From Anaerolineales bacterium (GTDB taxonomy: Bacteria > Chloroflexota > Anaerolineae > Anaerolineales > UBA11579): 64,000 bases of DNA. The notes beneath the pieces were generated by a model, which had not been told where the DNA came from, ran no database searches, and was given only the letters and a program-made list of their open reading frames with translations. Of this stretch, positions 42,751 through 51,454 are shown one piece after another (the first letter of the stretch is position 1; every line of letters starts with the position of its first letter). The translations under genes and the position numbers were made by a program. The stretch spans positions 2,678 through 66,677 of the forward strand of contig JBBEBI010000038.1 in NCBI GenBank assembly GCA_040882365.1, read 5' to 3'.

Positions 42751-43782
42751 GTGCCTTTTTCTCGCCGCGAATTCCTAAAATTTTCCTCGCTTTCGCTGGC
42801 TGCGTTGGCTCTGCGGAGAGTGCCGCGAGCATTCGCCGCTGCCGGCAATTTGCTTGGCCGCGTTTCCTACGATTCAGTGAGCGTATTGGATGCGCCGCGC
42901 CTGGACGCGAACCGCATTGCCCGCGACCGGTTCCGGGACGATGTGCTCGACCTTTTGTATTCACTCACTCCCCTGACGGGGCCGGCCTATAATCCGCTTT
43001 GGTATCGCATTTCGGATGGATATGTGCATTCCGCGTTCATTCAGCCAGTTGATGTGCAATACAACGCGCCGTTGGAAAGCCTGTCCGGGACGGGGCAGCT
43101 TTGCAAGGTAACCATCCCATTTGCCCAACCATTCAACTATTCAAGCCAGGATGGCTGGCAACCGGAAGATCAATTCCGACTTTATTATGAGTCGAACCAC
43201 TGGGTTACAGACATCGTAGAGGGACCGGACGGGGAAGCCTGGTATGAGATCACCGAATCGTGGGAGGGGATCCAATACTTTGCCAAGGCAACGGAATTGC
43301 AGGCCATTCCCGACGAAGAATTAGAGCCCATTTCTGCGAATGTCCCATCCAGCGAAAAGCGCATCGAAATCTCTTTGGCCCTGCAGCAACTGACCGCTTA
43401 TGAAGGTGACCTGATCGTGTTGCGGACACCCATCTCCTCCGGGCTCTCTAGCTCAAGCGGCTCGGGACTGCCTACCGAGACCCCAACAGGAAGGTTCAAC
43501 ATCTTCTCTAAATTGCCCTCGAAGTACATGGGTGATAACCGGCTGACGGATGATTTGGGGGATCGATATCTGCCCGGAGTGCCGTGGACAGCTTTTTTTG
43601 CGGAGGGTGGGTACGCTATTCATGGAGCCTATTGGCACAATAACTTTGGGGCCCCCATGAGCCGGGGCTGCGTGAACGTGCGCCCGAGCGTGGCCCAATG
43701 GTTATTCTGCTGGGCGACCCCTTCGGTAGCGCCAGGAGAACAGGAAGCACGCGGCCAGGGCACACAGGTGATCATCGACTAA
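42751..43782 (+). CDS. L,D-transpeptidase (YkuD family) with Tat signal
   Basis: SRREFLK Tat motif; TP.G.F, HGAYWH and SRGCVN motifs; in-frame GTG 6 nt after TAGAAT. Confidence 0.9.
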   Translation: MPFSRREFLKFSSLSLAALALRRVPRAFAAAGNLLGRVSYDSVSVLDAPRLDANRIARDRFRDDVLDLLYSLTPLTGPAYNPLWYRISDGYVHSAFIQPVDVQYNAPLESLSGTGQLCKVTIPFAQPFNYSSQDGWQPEDQFRLYYESNHWVTDIVEGPDGEAWYEITESWEGIQYFAKATELQAIPDEELEPISANVPSSEKRIEISLALQQLTAYEGDLIVLRTPISSGLSSSSGSGLPTETPTGRFNIFSKLPSKYMGDNRLTDDLGDRYLPGVPWTAFFAEGGYAIHGAYWHNNFGAPMSRGCVNVRPSVAQWLFCWATPSVAPGEQEARGQGTQVIID

Positions 43783-43861
43783 TTTTTATGGCGAATCTAT
43801 AAGAAGAGGGGGCAAAGTCTATAATTGCGGCATCGACTCGCCAAAATCCTGGGGGAGATAA

Positions 43862-43875
43862 TGTAAACGGTTTCA
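43862..43875. promoter_or_regulatory. LacI-family operator-like palindrome
   Basis: TGTAAACGGTTTCA (cre/LacI-like) lies 7 nt before the LacI start. Confidence 0.55.
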
Positions 43876-43882
43876 GGGTCTG

Positions 43883-44910
43883 ATGGCGCGAAAACCAACC
43901 ACATCTTCCATAACTATCCGAGATGTCGCACGCCAAGCGGGGGTATCTGTGGCGACTGTGAGTCGCCACATTAACGAGACCGCCCGAGTTTCCGGACCCG
44001 TGGCGGAACGGATCGAAGAAGTCCTCAACCGCTTGCAGTACAGGCCGCATACAGCCGCTCGCCAATTGGCTACTCAGAAAGTGATGGCGATTGGCTTGTT
44101 GCTGAATAGCATTTACAAAGATTTCTTCGGGCCTCTTTTGTGTGGAATTGAGGATCTTGTCCAACAGAACGGTTACAACCTGTTAGTTGCCACCAACCGG
44201 CCAGAGCGGCGCCAGGGTGTTTCCCAGCTTTGGGACCTCACAACGTTGACGGGTTGCTGGTTTTCGCAGACAGCTTGAGGGACTCTGAATTAGCCAGCCT
44301 GCACGGCCAAAAACTGCCCATGGTACTTATCCATCGCTCCAGCCCCGAAGGCCTGGATATGCCCTGCGTCACGGTCGAAAACAAGGCTGCCACATTCCAG
44401 CTGATCGAGCACCTGATCACCAAGCACGGGCGCAAGCGCATCCTCTTTATGCGCGGCAAGGTGGGCCAGGAGGACTCCTATTGGCGCGAGATCGGGTACC
44501 GCGCAGCGCTCGAAGCGCATGGGATTAAATTCGATCCCGAGTTGATGCTTCCCGGTGATTTCCAGCGCGACGTGGCCTATCTATCCATGCGTGACTTTCT
44601 ATCCCGGCCAAAACGCAAGAATTTCGATGCCGTGTTCAGCGGCGACGATTCAGCCGCCATTGGCGTTTTGAAAGCCCTGGAACAGGGCGGATTGCGCGTC
44701 CCACAAGACGTATCTGTAGCCGGTTTTAATGATTCCCGCCATTCTGCCTTCCTTAACCCGCCGCTAACCACCATAAACGCACCTGCCCATGAAGTGGGGC
44801 GCATTGCGACCAAGAATCTGTTCAACCAGATTACCCATCACCCAGTCGATAGCATCACGCTTCTACCCACGGAGATCATAATCAGACAGTCTTGCGGGTG
44901 CACCAGTTAG
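43883..44910 (+). pseudogene. LacI-family regulator, frameshifted (real or sequencing error)
   Basis: TIRDVARQAGVSVATVSR HTH in ORF 43883-44278; ligand domain (VDGL...D..AIG...VP.DVSVAGF.D...PPLTT...IIRQSCG) in ORF 44230-44910; shift near 44220. Confidence 0.85.
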
Positions 44911-45059
44911 TTTGGCTGGTGCATTCTTTTTGCCTGGACCTCTCAGCACCGAATTTTGCCGCCTCCCTCGCCCGCCGGGAGTGAGGTGGAGGTAAAGGTG
45001 GTCATTCAATAGATCGAAAATGTCCGGCTTCTTTGGTTTAGAAACGTCCCTGCTAGAAG

Positions 45060-45231
45060 GGATTATTCAGTACCGTTCTCCTCGGAGTTGGATTTGCAAC
45101 CGGGAATATCTTCAACGGCTACATGATCGACCTGGTCGGCGTTGGCGGGCATGTATGCAGTCAGCGCCAGCTCGGTTCTTTTCGGAATTCTGCTCGTTTT
45201 CGTATTGAACAGGCGGGTTCGGGCGTTTTAG
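45060..45231 (+). pseudogene. C-terminal fragment of an MFS transporter
   Basis: Manual translation GLFSTVLLGVGFATGNIFNGYMIDLVG, then a +1 shift, then LAGMYAVSASSVLFGILLVFVLNRRVRAF*, resembling the last two MFS helices. Confidence 0.5.
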
Positions 45232-45350
45232 TTTGGTAGTGTCCTAGGACACTACCTTTAGTTTCAGAGGCTTTACAGGAGAACGCCGCGGAGGTAAAAT
45301 CGGAGTTTGTTGTGAAATCAGTAACAAATCTCGGCTGCCGGAGTCTTTGA

Positions 45351-46058
45351 ATGACCAGCGAATCCGCTTCGACCAAACAATTAGCAAAGAAGGATCGCGT
45401 CGCGGGCAAAGTGGTCAAAACCACTTTAGCCGGGGCCGTGATTGACCTCGGCGAGGGCCGCTTGGGCGTGGTTCCCATTTCTCAGTTGCGCAAGGAACCC
45501 GTAAGGCGCGTGGAGGATGTAGTGAAACAAGGGGATCAGGTAGAAGCTTGGGTGCGTCGCGTTGATTCAGAGCATGGGCGCCTTGAACTCACTATGATCC
45601 GACCCCTTGGGCTGGACTGGCGAGACGTCAAGAAAGATATGGTCCTCAAGGGAAAAGTGTCCAAACTTGAGAAGTTCGGCGCCTTTGTAGATTTGGGAAC
45701 AGAACGGCCCGGCCTGCTGCACGTGAGCGAGATGTCCCACGATTACGTACGGCGGCCAGAAGACGTTGTTAGCGTCGGTCAGGAAATAGAAGTAAGGGTC
45801 CTGGATATCAATCGACGCAAGAAGCAAATTAAGCTAAGTATGAAAGCCTTGACCCTGGAGCCCGTGGCCGAACCCGAACCCGAGGCGGAACCGGAGAAGC
45901 CGGTTCCCACCGCCATGGAAGTTGCATTGCGCAAGGCGATGGGCCAGGAAAAGCAAGAACCCGTCGCCAGGCAAAAAATTGCAGCACGGAAAGGAAATTC
46001 CCCAGAAATGGAAGATGTTCTGGCCCGAACCTTGGAAAAACGCCCGAAGTCGCGGTAA
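45351..46058 (+). CDS. Protein with two S1 RNA-binding domains
   Basis: G.V.K....GA.ID and GKV..LEKFGAFVD.G....GLLHVSEM motifs; charged tail. Confidence 0.88.
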   Translation: MTSESASTKQLAKKDRVAGKVVKTTLAGAVIDLGEGRLGVVPISQLRKEPVRRVEDVVKQGDQVEAWVRRVDSEHGRLELTMIRPLGLDWRDVKKDMVLKGKVSKLEKFGAFVDLGTERPGLLHVSEMSHDYVRRPEDVVSVGQEIEVRVLDINRRKKQIKLSMKALTLEPVAEPEPEAEPEKPVPTAMEVALRKAMGQEKQEPVARQKIAARKGNSPEMEDVLARTLEKRPKSR

Positions 46059-46241
46059 GCGGATCGCGTTTGCCTTCAAGCGCCTGGAGCGCTTCCAATT
46101 CTTTACATCAGTGTTTTGGCATTCAGAGACATCTGAAGTTTCCTGTCGTCACTCCACAACTTAACAGCATTCTTAACCAGATTGCGCGCTTTCGCCTTGT
46201 CACCAATCTCCAAAGAAATTCGCCCCAAACTACTTTCTAGG

Positions 46242-46364
46242 AGAGCCCGGCCGGACAGATCCGTTCGCAAAGCGGCTGCCTGAACGGAAGCAACTGATTA
46301 AAGAGGGCAATCTCCTCGCGCTGAGGGCGGTGCCAGTTGCGCAGGGCCCGTGCAACAGGGCTCT
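46242..46364 (-). ncRNA. Candidate structured RNA of unknown family
   Basis: Three perfect 7-bp nested stems; the closing stem extends to about 18 bp through G-U pairs on the minus strand only. Confidence 0.35.
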
Positions 46365-46511
46365 AATCTGGCCATCGCCACCTCCCACGCTTCTATCCTC
46401 CTTTGTCATGGTCTCTCCCGCTGATGGACCCCGATTTTATACATAGGAAACCACCTTTGGTAAAATAACCCGAAAGGCCGCCTCCGCCTTACTTGAAGCC
46501 AGGAGTCTCAA

Positions 46512-46679
46512 ATGCCGCGCGGTTCGGAATTAATCATCATTTTGATCATAATTATCCTTGTATTTGGGGTGGGCAGGCTCAGCAAGCTTGGCGAGGACCT
46601 GGGTAAGGGCATTCGCTCTTTCCGCAAGGGGTTATCGGGGGAAGAAGAGCCAAAGGACGAAGAAAAGAAACCCAAGTAA
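46512..46679 (+). CDS. tatA: Sec-independent translocase TatA
   Basis: Manual translation (55 aa, below the ORF-track cutoff): MPRGSELIIILIIIILVFGVGRLSKLGEDLGKGIRSFRKGL...; SD AGGAG. Confidence 0.93.
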   Translation: MPRGSELIIILIIIILVFGVGRLSKLGEDLGKGIRSFRKGLSGEEEPKDEEKKPK

Positions 46680-46754
46680 TTCACAAATCAGTTGTTGATT
46701 TCTCTTGTGATATAGAGTACATTGTTTTGTAATCAATTAACCAAGGAGGAAGAA

Positions 46755-47834
46755 GTGAAGAAGCTACATGCTGTGTATATTGTCTTTATATTGGCCAGTC
46801 TTGTGCTAACAGCCTTTGTTGTTCCTGGCCAGGTCGTCGCCGGGCCACAGTCCACCGGCGAGAAGCAAGGCCGCGGTGGGGAATGCCTGGGCACGGCCGA
46901 GGATGCGATTGTAGACCTGGATTGTCGTGAGGTAACCATCGCTATCGAGAATGCTTATTTGCCTTTCAACTATATCGACGAGGCAACCGGCGAAGCTGGC
47001 GGTTGGGACTATGATGCCTGGGAGGAAATCTGCACCCGCTTGCACTGCACTCCTGTATTCGTTGAAGCCGCTTGGGAAGGCATGATTCAGGCTGTGGCTG
47101 ACGGCCAGTATGACGCCGCGGCCGATGGCATCACCATCACACCCGATCGTGACGAGATCGTCGATTTCTCGGTCGGCTATGTGGCTATCGAGCAACGTCT
47201 GCTCGTTCGCATCGATGAAACCCGAATTAACAGTATCGAGGATATCGTGAACTCTGCTCCGAGCGGAGCAATCTCGGTAAACCAAATTCTCATTGCGGCT
47301 GTAATTGCTGTTCTTGCTATTGCGGCTATTCTGTTCGCTGAACGGTACGTGGCGGCAAGCTCTCGTGGAATGTTCCGCTGGGTCGGGGTTGCGTTGGTGC
47401 TTATCGTGTTGGTAGGTTATTCAGTGTGGCCACGCCAAAGTTGTCCTACTTTAGCCCTTGGCACTCAAACGGGTACAACCAACTACGAAACCGCCTCACA
47501 GTATCTACCTGCGGCCTGCATCCAGGCCTTTGAGCAGTTCCCCTTTGCCGTTCAGGCTTTGATTGCCGGTGATATCGACGCGGTGATCATTGACGAAACC
47601 GCCGGCCAGGGTTACTTGGGCGCCAATGCAGAGGATCTGAAGCTTGTGGGCCCGTCGCTGTCCAGCGATCAGCTTGGTTTCATCTTCCCGCCTGGCAGCA
47701 ATTTGATAGATCCCGTCAATCAGGCTTTGGAATCCATGATGGATGATGGCAGGCTCAATGAGCTCAACGCCATCTACTTTGGCTCAGATTTCAACTGCGA
47801 TTACACGGACACGGGTATCACCTGCGGCAGCTAA
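46755..47834 (+). CDS. Polar amino-acid ABC substrate-binding protein (family 3) with an internal two-TM insertion
   Basis: ENAYLPFNY, GWDYD, W..MI.AV..GQYD...GITITPDR...VDFS, GTQTGTT and AL..GDIDAVI.D motifs; GTG start after AAGGAGG. Confidence 0.88.
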   Translation: MKKLHAVYIVFILASLVLTAFVVPGQVVAGPQSTGEKQGRGGECLGTAEDAIVDLDCREVTIAIENAYLPFNYIDEATGEAGGWDYDAWEEICTRLHCTPVFVEAAWEGMIQAVADGQYDAAADGITITPDRDEIVDFSVGYVAIEQRLLVRIDETRINSIEDIVNSAPSGAISVNQILIAAVIAVLAIAAILFAERYVAASSRGMFRWVGVALVLIVLVGYSVWPRQSCPTLALGTQTGTTNYETASQYLPAACIQAFEQFPFAVQALIAGDIDAVIIDETAGQGYLGANAEDLKLVGPSLSSDQLGFIFPPGSNLIDPVNQALESMMDDGRLNELNAIYFGSDFNCDYTDTGITCGS

Positions 47835-47866
47835 GCCACTGACCCGCGGCTGATCGTATTACTAAC

Positions 47867-47899
47867 GCGGTGCAGAATCGTTGTAGGATTCTGCACCGC
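47867..47899 (+). terminator. Intergenic hairpin after the binding-protein gene (terminator or mRNA stabiliser)
   Basis: Perfect 13-bp stem GCGGTGCAGAATC/GATTCTGCACCGC followed by TTGTTT. Confidence 0.7.
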
Positions 47900-47921
47900 T
47901 TGTTTAACCAAGGAGCCCAGC

Positions 47922-48746
47922 ATGGCCGTAGACCCCGTTTCTAGAGGCACCGAGCGCGGGGCCATTTCGTTAGAACAAAGGCCCGATCCGCTGACCGGCA
48001 AACTCTACGCGGTGCCCTGGTGGCTTCTCGCTGTCATGGGGGTTTTGATCTGGGCTTGGTACTTCATTTTTTCCGAAATGAGCTATCGTGACGCCTTCGA
48101 ATTCATCATTCAAGGCATCTGGATCACTGTTGTCACCACGCTATCTGCCTACGGGATTGCGATGGTCATTGGCCTGGTGATGGGATTGGGGCGCGTTTCG
48201 CGGAATGTGGTTTTTAGGAACATTGCCAGGTTCTATGTGGAAGTGGTTCGCGGTATCCCCATGCTTGTGCTCATTTTTTACGTAGCTTTTGTGGCTGTGG
48301 TGGATTTCGCCGGTTTACTTGGCTTGGATGGTCGTGACATCCCGATGAACATTCGCGCTATTATTGCCTTGGCGATCACCTATGGGGCATTCTCGGCCGA
48401 AATCTTCCGCGCTGGTATCCAATCCATCGGGAGTGGCCAGATGGAAGCGGCTCGCTCGCTGGGGATGAGCTATGGTCAGGCTATGCGTTACATTATTCTC
48501 CCCCAGGCCATTCGCAATGTGCTCCCGGCTTTGGCCAACGACTTCGTGGCCATGCTGAAGGATTCTTCGCTAGTCTCTGTGCTGGCCGTGCGTGACATTA
48601 CCCAGGTGGCCCGCTTGCATGCTGGGTCCACGTTTCGATTTCGCGAATCATACACAATCTTGGCGGTACTCTACCTCAGCATGACCTTGTTGCTTTCCGC
48701 AGGAGTGCAATTGCTCGAGAGGCGGCTACATGTCGGCCACAAATGA
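47922..48746 (+). CDS. Amino-acid ABC transporter permease
   Basis: [34 protein letters not shown] and KDSSL motifs. Confidence 0.95.
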   Translation: MAVDPVSRGTERGAISLEQRPDPLTGKLYAVPWWLLAVMGVLIWAWYFIFSEMSYRDAFEFIIQGIWITVVTTLSAYGIAMVIGLVMGLGRVSRNVVFRNIARFYVEVVRGIPMLVLIFYVAFVAVVDFAGLLGLDGRDIPMNIRAIIALAITYGAFSAEIFRAGIQSIGSGQMEAARSLGMSYGQAMRYIILPQAIRNVLPALANDFVAMLKDSSLVSVLAVRDITQVARLHAGSTFRFRESYTILAVLYLSMTLLLSAGVQLLERRLHVGHK

Positions 48747-49479
48747 CACCATTATCGAGGTCAAGGAACTCCACAAGCATTTTGGAAAAGTGAAGGCGCT
48801 TTGCGGCGTAAGCGTCAGTGTTGCGCGCGGCAGCGTAGTGGTGATTGTGGGTCCCAGCGGGTCCGGTAAATCCACTCTGCTACGCTGTATCAACCATCTT
48901 GAAGTAGAGACTGCTGGAGAGGTCTGGGTGGATGGACAGCGGCTGAATGAGAAGAATAAAAATATCAATGAGATTCGTGCCGAGATCGGCATGGTGTTCC
49001 AGTTATTCAATCTCTTTCCGCATCTGACCGCCCTGCAAAACATTGTTTTGGCTCAACATATCGTTCGGGGGCGGTCCAAAGAAGAAGCCGAGCAGGTCGC
49101 CCGGCAGCAACTGCAGCGCGTAGGAATATCCGAAAAAGCGGATGTTTACCCCGGCCAGCTTTCCGGCGGCCAGCAGCAACGGGTGGCGATTGCCCGCGCC
49201 CTGGCCATGAATCCCAAGATCATGCTCTTCGACGAGCCTACCAGCGCCTTGGACCCGGAGATGATCAAAGAGGTCCTTGATGTAATGCTCGACTTGGCCA
49301 AAGAGGGGATGACCATGGTGGTGGTGACCCACGAAATGGGCTTCGCCCGTGCCGCCGCCGACCGGGCCATCTTTATGGATCAGGGACTCATCGTTGAAGA
49401 GGGAACCCCCGACCAATTGTTCATACAACCCGTTCAGGAACGGACTAAGCTCTTCCTTTCCCAAATCTTGAAACACTAA
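48730..49479 (+). CDS. Amino-acid ABC transporter ATP-binding protein (GlnQ-like)
   Basis: [27 protein letters not shown] and THEM motifs. Confidence 0.96.
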   Translation: MSATNDTIIEVKELHKHFGKVKALCGVSVSVARGSVVVIVGPSGSGKSTLLRCINHLEVETAGEVWVDGQRLNEKNKNINEIRAEIGMVFQLFNLFPHLTALQNIVLAQHIVRGRSKEEAEQVARQQLQRVGISEKADVYPGQLSGGQQQRVAIARALAMNPKIMLFDEPTSALDPEMIKEVLDVMLDLAKEGMTMVVVTHEMGFARAAADRAIFMDQGLIVEEGTPDQLFIQPVQERTKLFLSQILKH

Positions 49480-49521
49480 AAGTTTATTGAGCTTGCGTTC
49501 CATTAGCGGCAATTAAGATTA

Positions 49522-49550
49522 TTGACCGCTTGGGTTCCTAGCCTTATAAT
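49522..49550 (+). promoter_or_regulatory. Near-consensus sigma70 promoter of the peptide ABC operon
   Basis: TTGACC-N17-TATAAT. Confidence 0.7.
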
Positions 49551-49657
49551 CAGTCTTTAACCTCATGTGAAGAATTCGCTTAAAGGAGGTGAGTTCCCGC
49601 TCATAGTGTTTCGTCGCATCCAATTCTTTTACTGGAGAAGTATAGGAGAATTTCGCA

Positions 49658-51334
49658 ATGTCAAAAAATAACTTTAGCAAATTGTTTGCCTTGCTCGTCG
49701 TGTCCAGCTTGGTGCTGGCCGCCTGCGGACCCGCAGCGGCCACGCAGGCGCCGGCGGCCACTGACGCCCCCGCTGAACCGGGCTTCGTCGGCGACAAGCT
49801 TGACGCCGGCAGCTGCGACTACGGCGGCAAAATCCTTTCGATCGAGGCTGTCGATGAGCTGACCGTGGTCTTTAATCTTTGCCGCCCCGATCCGGCCTTC
49901 CTCACCAAGATGGCCTTTACCCCATTCGGCATTCAACCCAAGGAGTGGATTGAAACGGCCAGTGGGACCAGGGAGATCCTGGACCACCCAATTGGCACCG
50001 GCCCTTACATGGTGACCGAATGGGTGCGTGGGGAACAGATCGTTTACACCCGCTTCGATGACTACTGGGGTGAGCCCGGTCCTGCGCAGACCGCTGTTCT
50101 GCGCTGGTTGACTGAAGGCGCCGCCCGCTTGCAGGAATTGCAGGCTGGGACTGCCGACTACATCTCCAATCTCAGTCCGTCTGACTATGAGACCGTGCTG
50201 GGCGATCCTAATCTTCAGATCGTCTATCAAAACAACCCGAACGTTTTCTACATTGGAATGACCAACACCTTCCCACCGTTCGACAACGTGCTGGTGCGCC
50301 AGGCCATTGCCATGGGCATTGACCGGCAGCGCATCGTCGACAACTTCTACCCCGCGGGTTCAGAAGTTGCCGACTTCTTCACACCATGTTCCATTCCGAA
50401 TGGCTGCGAAGGAGACTCTTGGTATGAGTTCGATCCCGAAGCCGCTCGCGCCCTTTTGGCCGAAGCCGGCTATCCGGATGGATTTGAAACCACTATCTCC
50501 TACCGCGATGTTTCTCGTGCCTACCTGCTGGAAGCGCCTCCAGTGGCCCAGGAACTTCAGGCTCAACTGGAAGACAACCTTGGCATCACCGCTGAGATTC
50601 TCCCCGTTGAATCTGGGGAATACGTTGAAGCCACCACCACGGGTCAGACAGCTGGTATCCACATGTTTGGTTGGGGTGCGGACTACCCACACATCACCAA
50701 CTTCTTGGATTTCCACTTTAACCAGAACAATCCGCAATTTGGGACAGCTTATCCCCAAATTTACGAACCGCTTCTGGAGGCCTCCTCGATTGGCGATGTA
50801 GCCACAGGTGCTCCGTTGTATGCCGAAGCCAACAACGCAATCCGTGAGCTGGTCCCGATGGTGCCTATCGCACATGGGCTCCCGGCTCACGCCGCTTCGG
50901 CCAGCCTAGGCGGCGCCTACTATCCGCCCTTTGGTGCCCCCCAGTTCAATCTGCTGGATCCTGGCGATGACCAACTGGTATTCGTCCAGAATGGTGAACC
51001 CCTCAGCTTGAACTGCGCTGATGAGACAGACGGCGAGTCGTTGACCGCCTGTCAGCAAGTGGTTGAGACGCTCTTGGAGTACGCCACAGACTCGGCCGAA
51101 ACCATTCCTGAGTTGGCCACTTCCTGCGAGCCCAACGAGGATTCGAGTGTGTGGACCTGCCACCTGCGTGAAGGCGTGAAGTTCCATGATGGATCGGACT
51201 TCGATGCAAATGACGTTGTAGCCTCCTTGGCGGCGGGTTTTGACGCTGCCAGCCCCTACCACGTCGGCAACACCGGTGGGTTCGACTACTTCCGCGATCT
51301 GTGGGACGGTTTGATGAACGTTCCCGCTGAATAG
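49658..51334 (+). CDS. Peptide ABC substrate-binding lipoprotein (family 5), circularly permuted
   Basis: Lipobox LAACG; PIGTGPY, DYWG, VRQAI...IDR and DPE.ARALLAEAG motifs; the LREGVKFHDG signature is near the C-terminus. Confidence 0.9.
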   Translation: MSKNNFSKLFALLVVSSLVLAACGPAAATQAPAATDAPAEPGFVGDKLDAGSCDYGGKILSIEAVDELTVVFNLCRPDPAFLTKMAFTPFGIQPKEWIETASGTREILDHPIGTGPYMVTEWVRGEQIVYTRFDDYWGEPGPAQTAVLRWLTEGAARLQELQAGTADYISNLSPSDYETVLGDPNLQIVYQNNPNVFYIGMTNTFPPFDNVLVRQAIAMGIDRQRIVDNFYPAGSEVADFFTPCSIPNGCEGDSWYEFDPEAARALLAEAGYPDGFETTISYRDVSRAYLLEAPPVAQELQAQLEDNLGITAEILPVESGEYVEATTTGQTAGIHMFGWGADYPHITNFLDFHFNQNNPQFGTAYPQIYEPLLEASSIGDVATGAPLYAEANNAIRELVPMVPIAHGLPAHAASASLGGAYYPPFGAPQFNLLDPGDDQLVFVQNGEPLSLNCADETDGESLTACQQVVETLLEYATDSAETIPELATSCEPNEDSSVWTCHLREGVKFHDGSDFDANDVVASLAAGFDAASPYHVGNTGGFDYFRDLWDGLMNVPAE

Positions 51335-51383
51335 CGGATCAACTCCACCCGCAATGAGCTCTGAGTTCTAGAGTTCTACGCAA

Positions 51384-51443
51384 CAACGCGGGATGGGGAG
51401 GTCGCTTGCTTAGCGGCTGAATCCCATCCCGCGTTGCGTTTTT
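51384..51443 (+). terminator. Intergenic hairpin after the peptide-binding protein gene
   Basis: 14-bp stem CAACGCGGGATGGG/CCCATCCCGCGTTG followed by CGTTTTT. Confidence 0.65.
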
Positions 51444-51454
51444 AGAGGAGCTTT

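Noticed and set aside
46161..46178. TTAACA-N6-TTAACC, Pho-box-like direct repeat
   Set aside because: The period is 12 rather than 11 nt, there are only two units, and no phosphate-related gene is adjacent.
46405..46430. CAGCGGGAGAGACC on the minus strand, resembling the start of a glycine riboswitch
   Set aside because: The downstream CCGAAG and CTCTCAGG elements are absent.
46706..46721. TGTGA-N6-GTACA, CRP/FNR-like site upstream of the amino-acid ABC operon
   Set aside because: The second half-site is poor and overlaps a likely -10 box; not enough support.
47253..47450. Calling the TM-inserted binding protein a true GluR0-type ion channel
   Set aside because: There is no pore helix or TxGYG filter between the helices, and the gene sits in a complete ABC importer operon.
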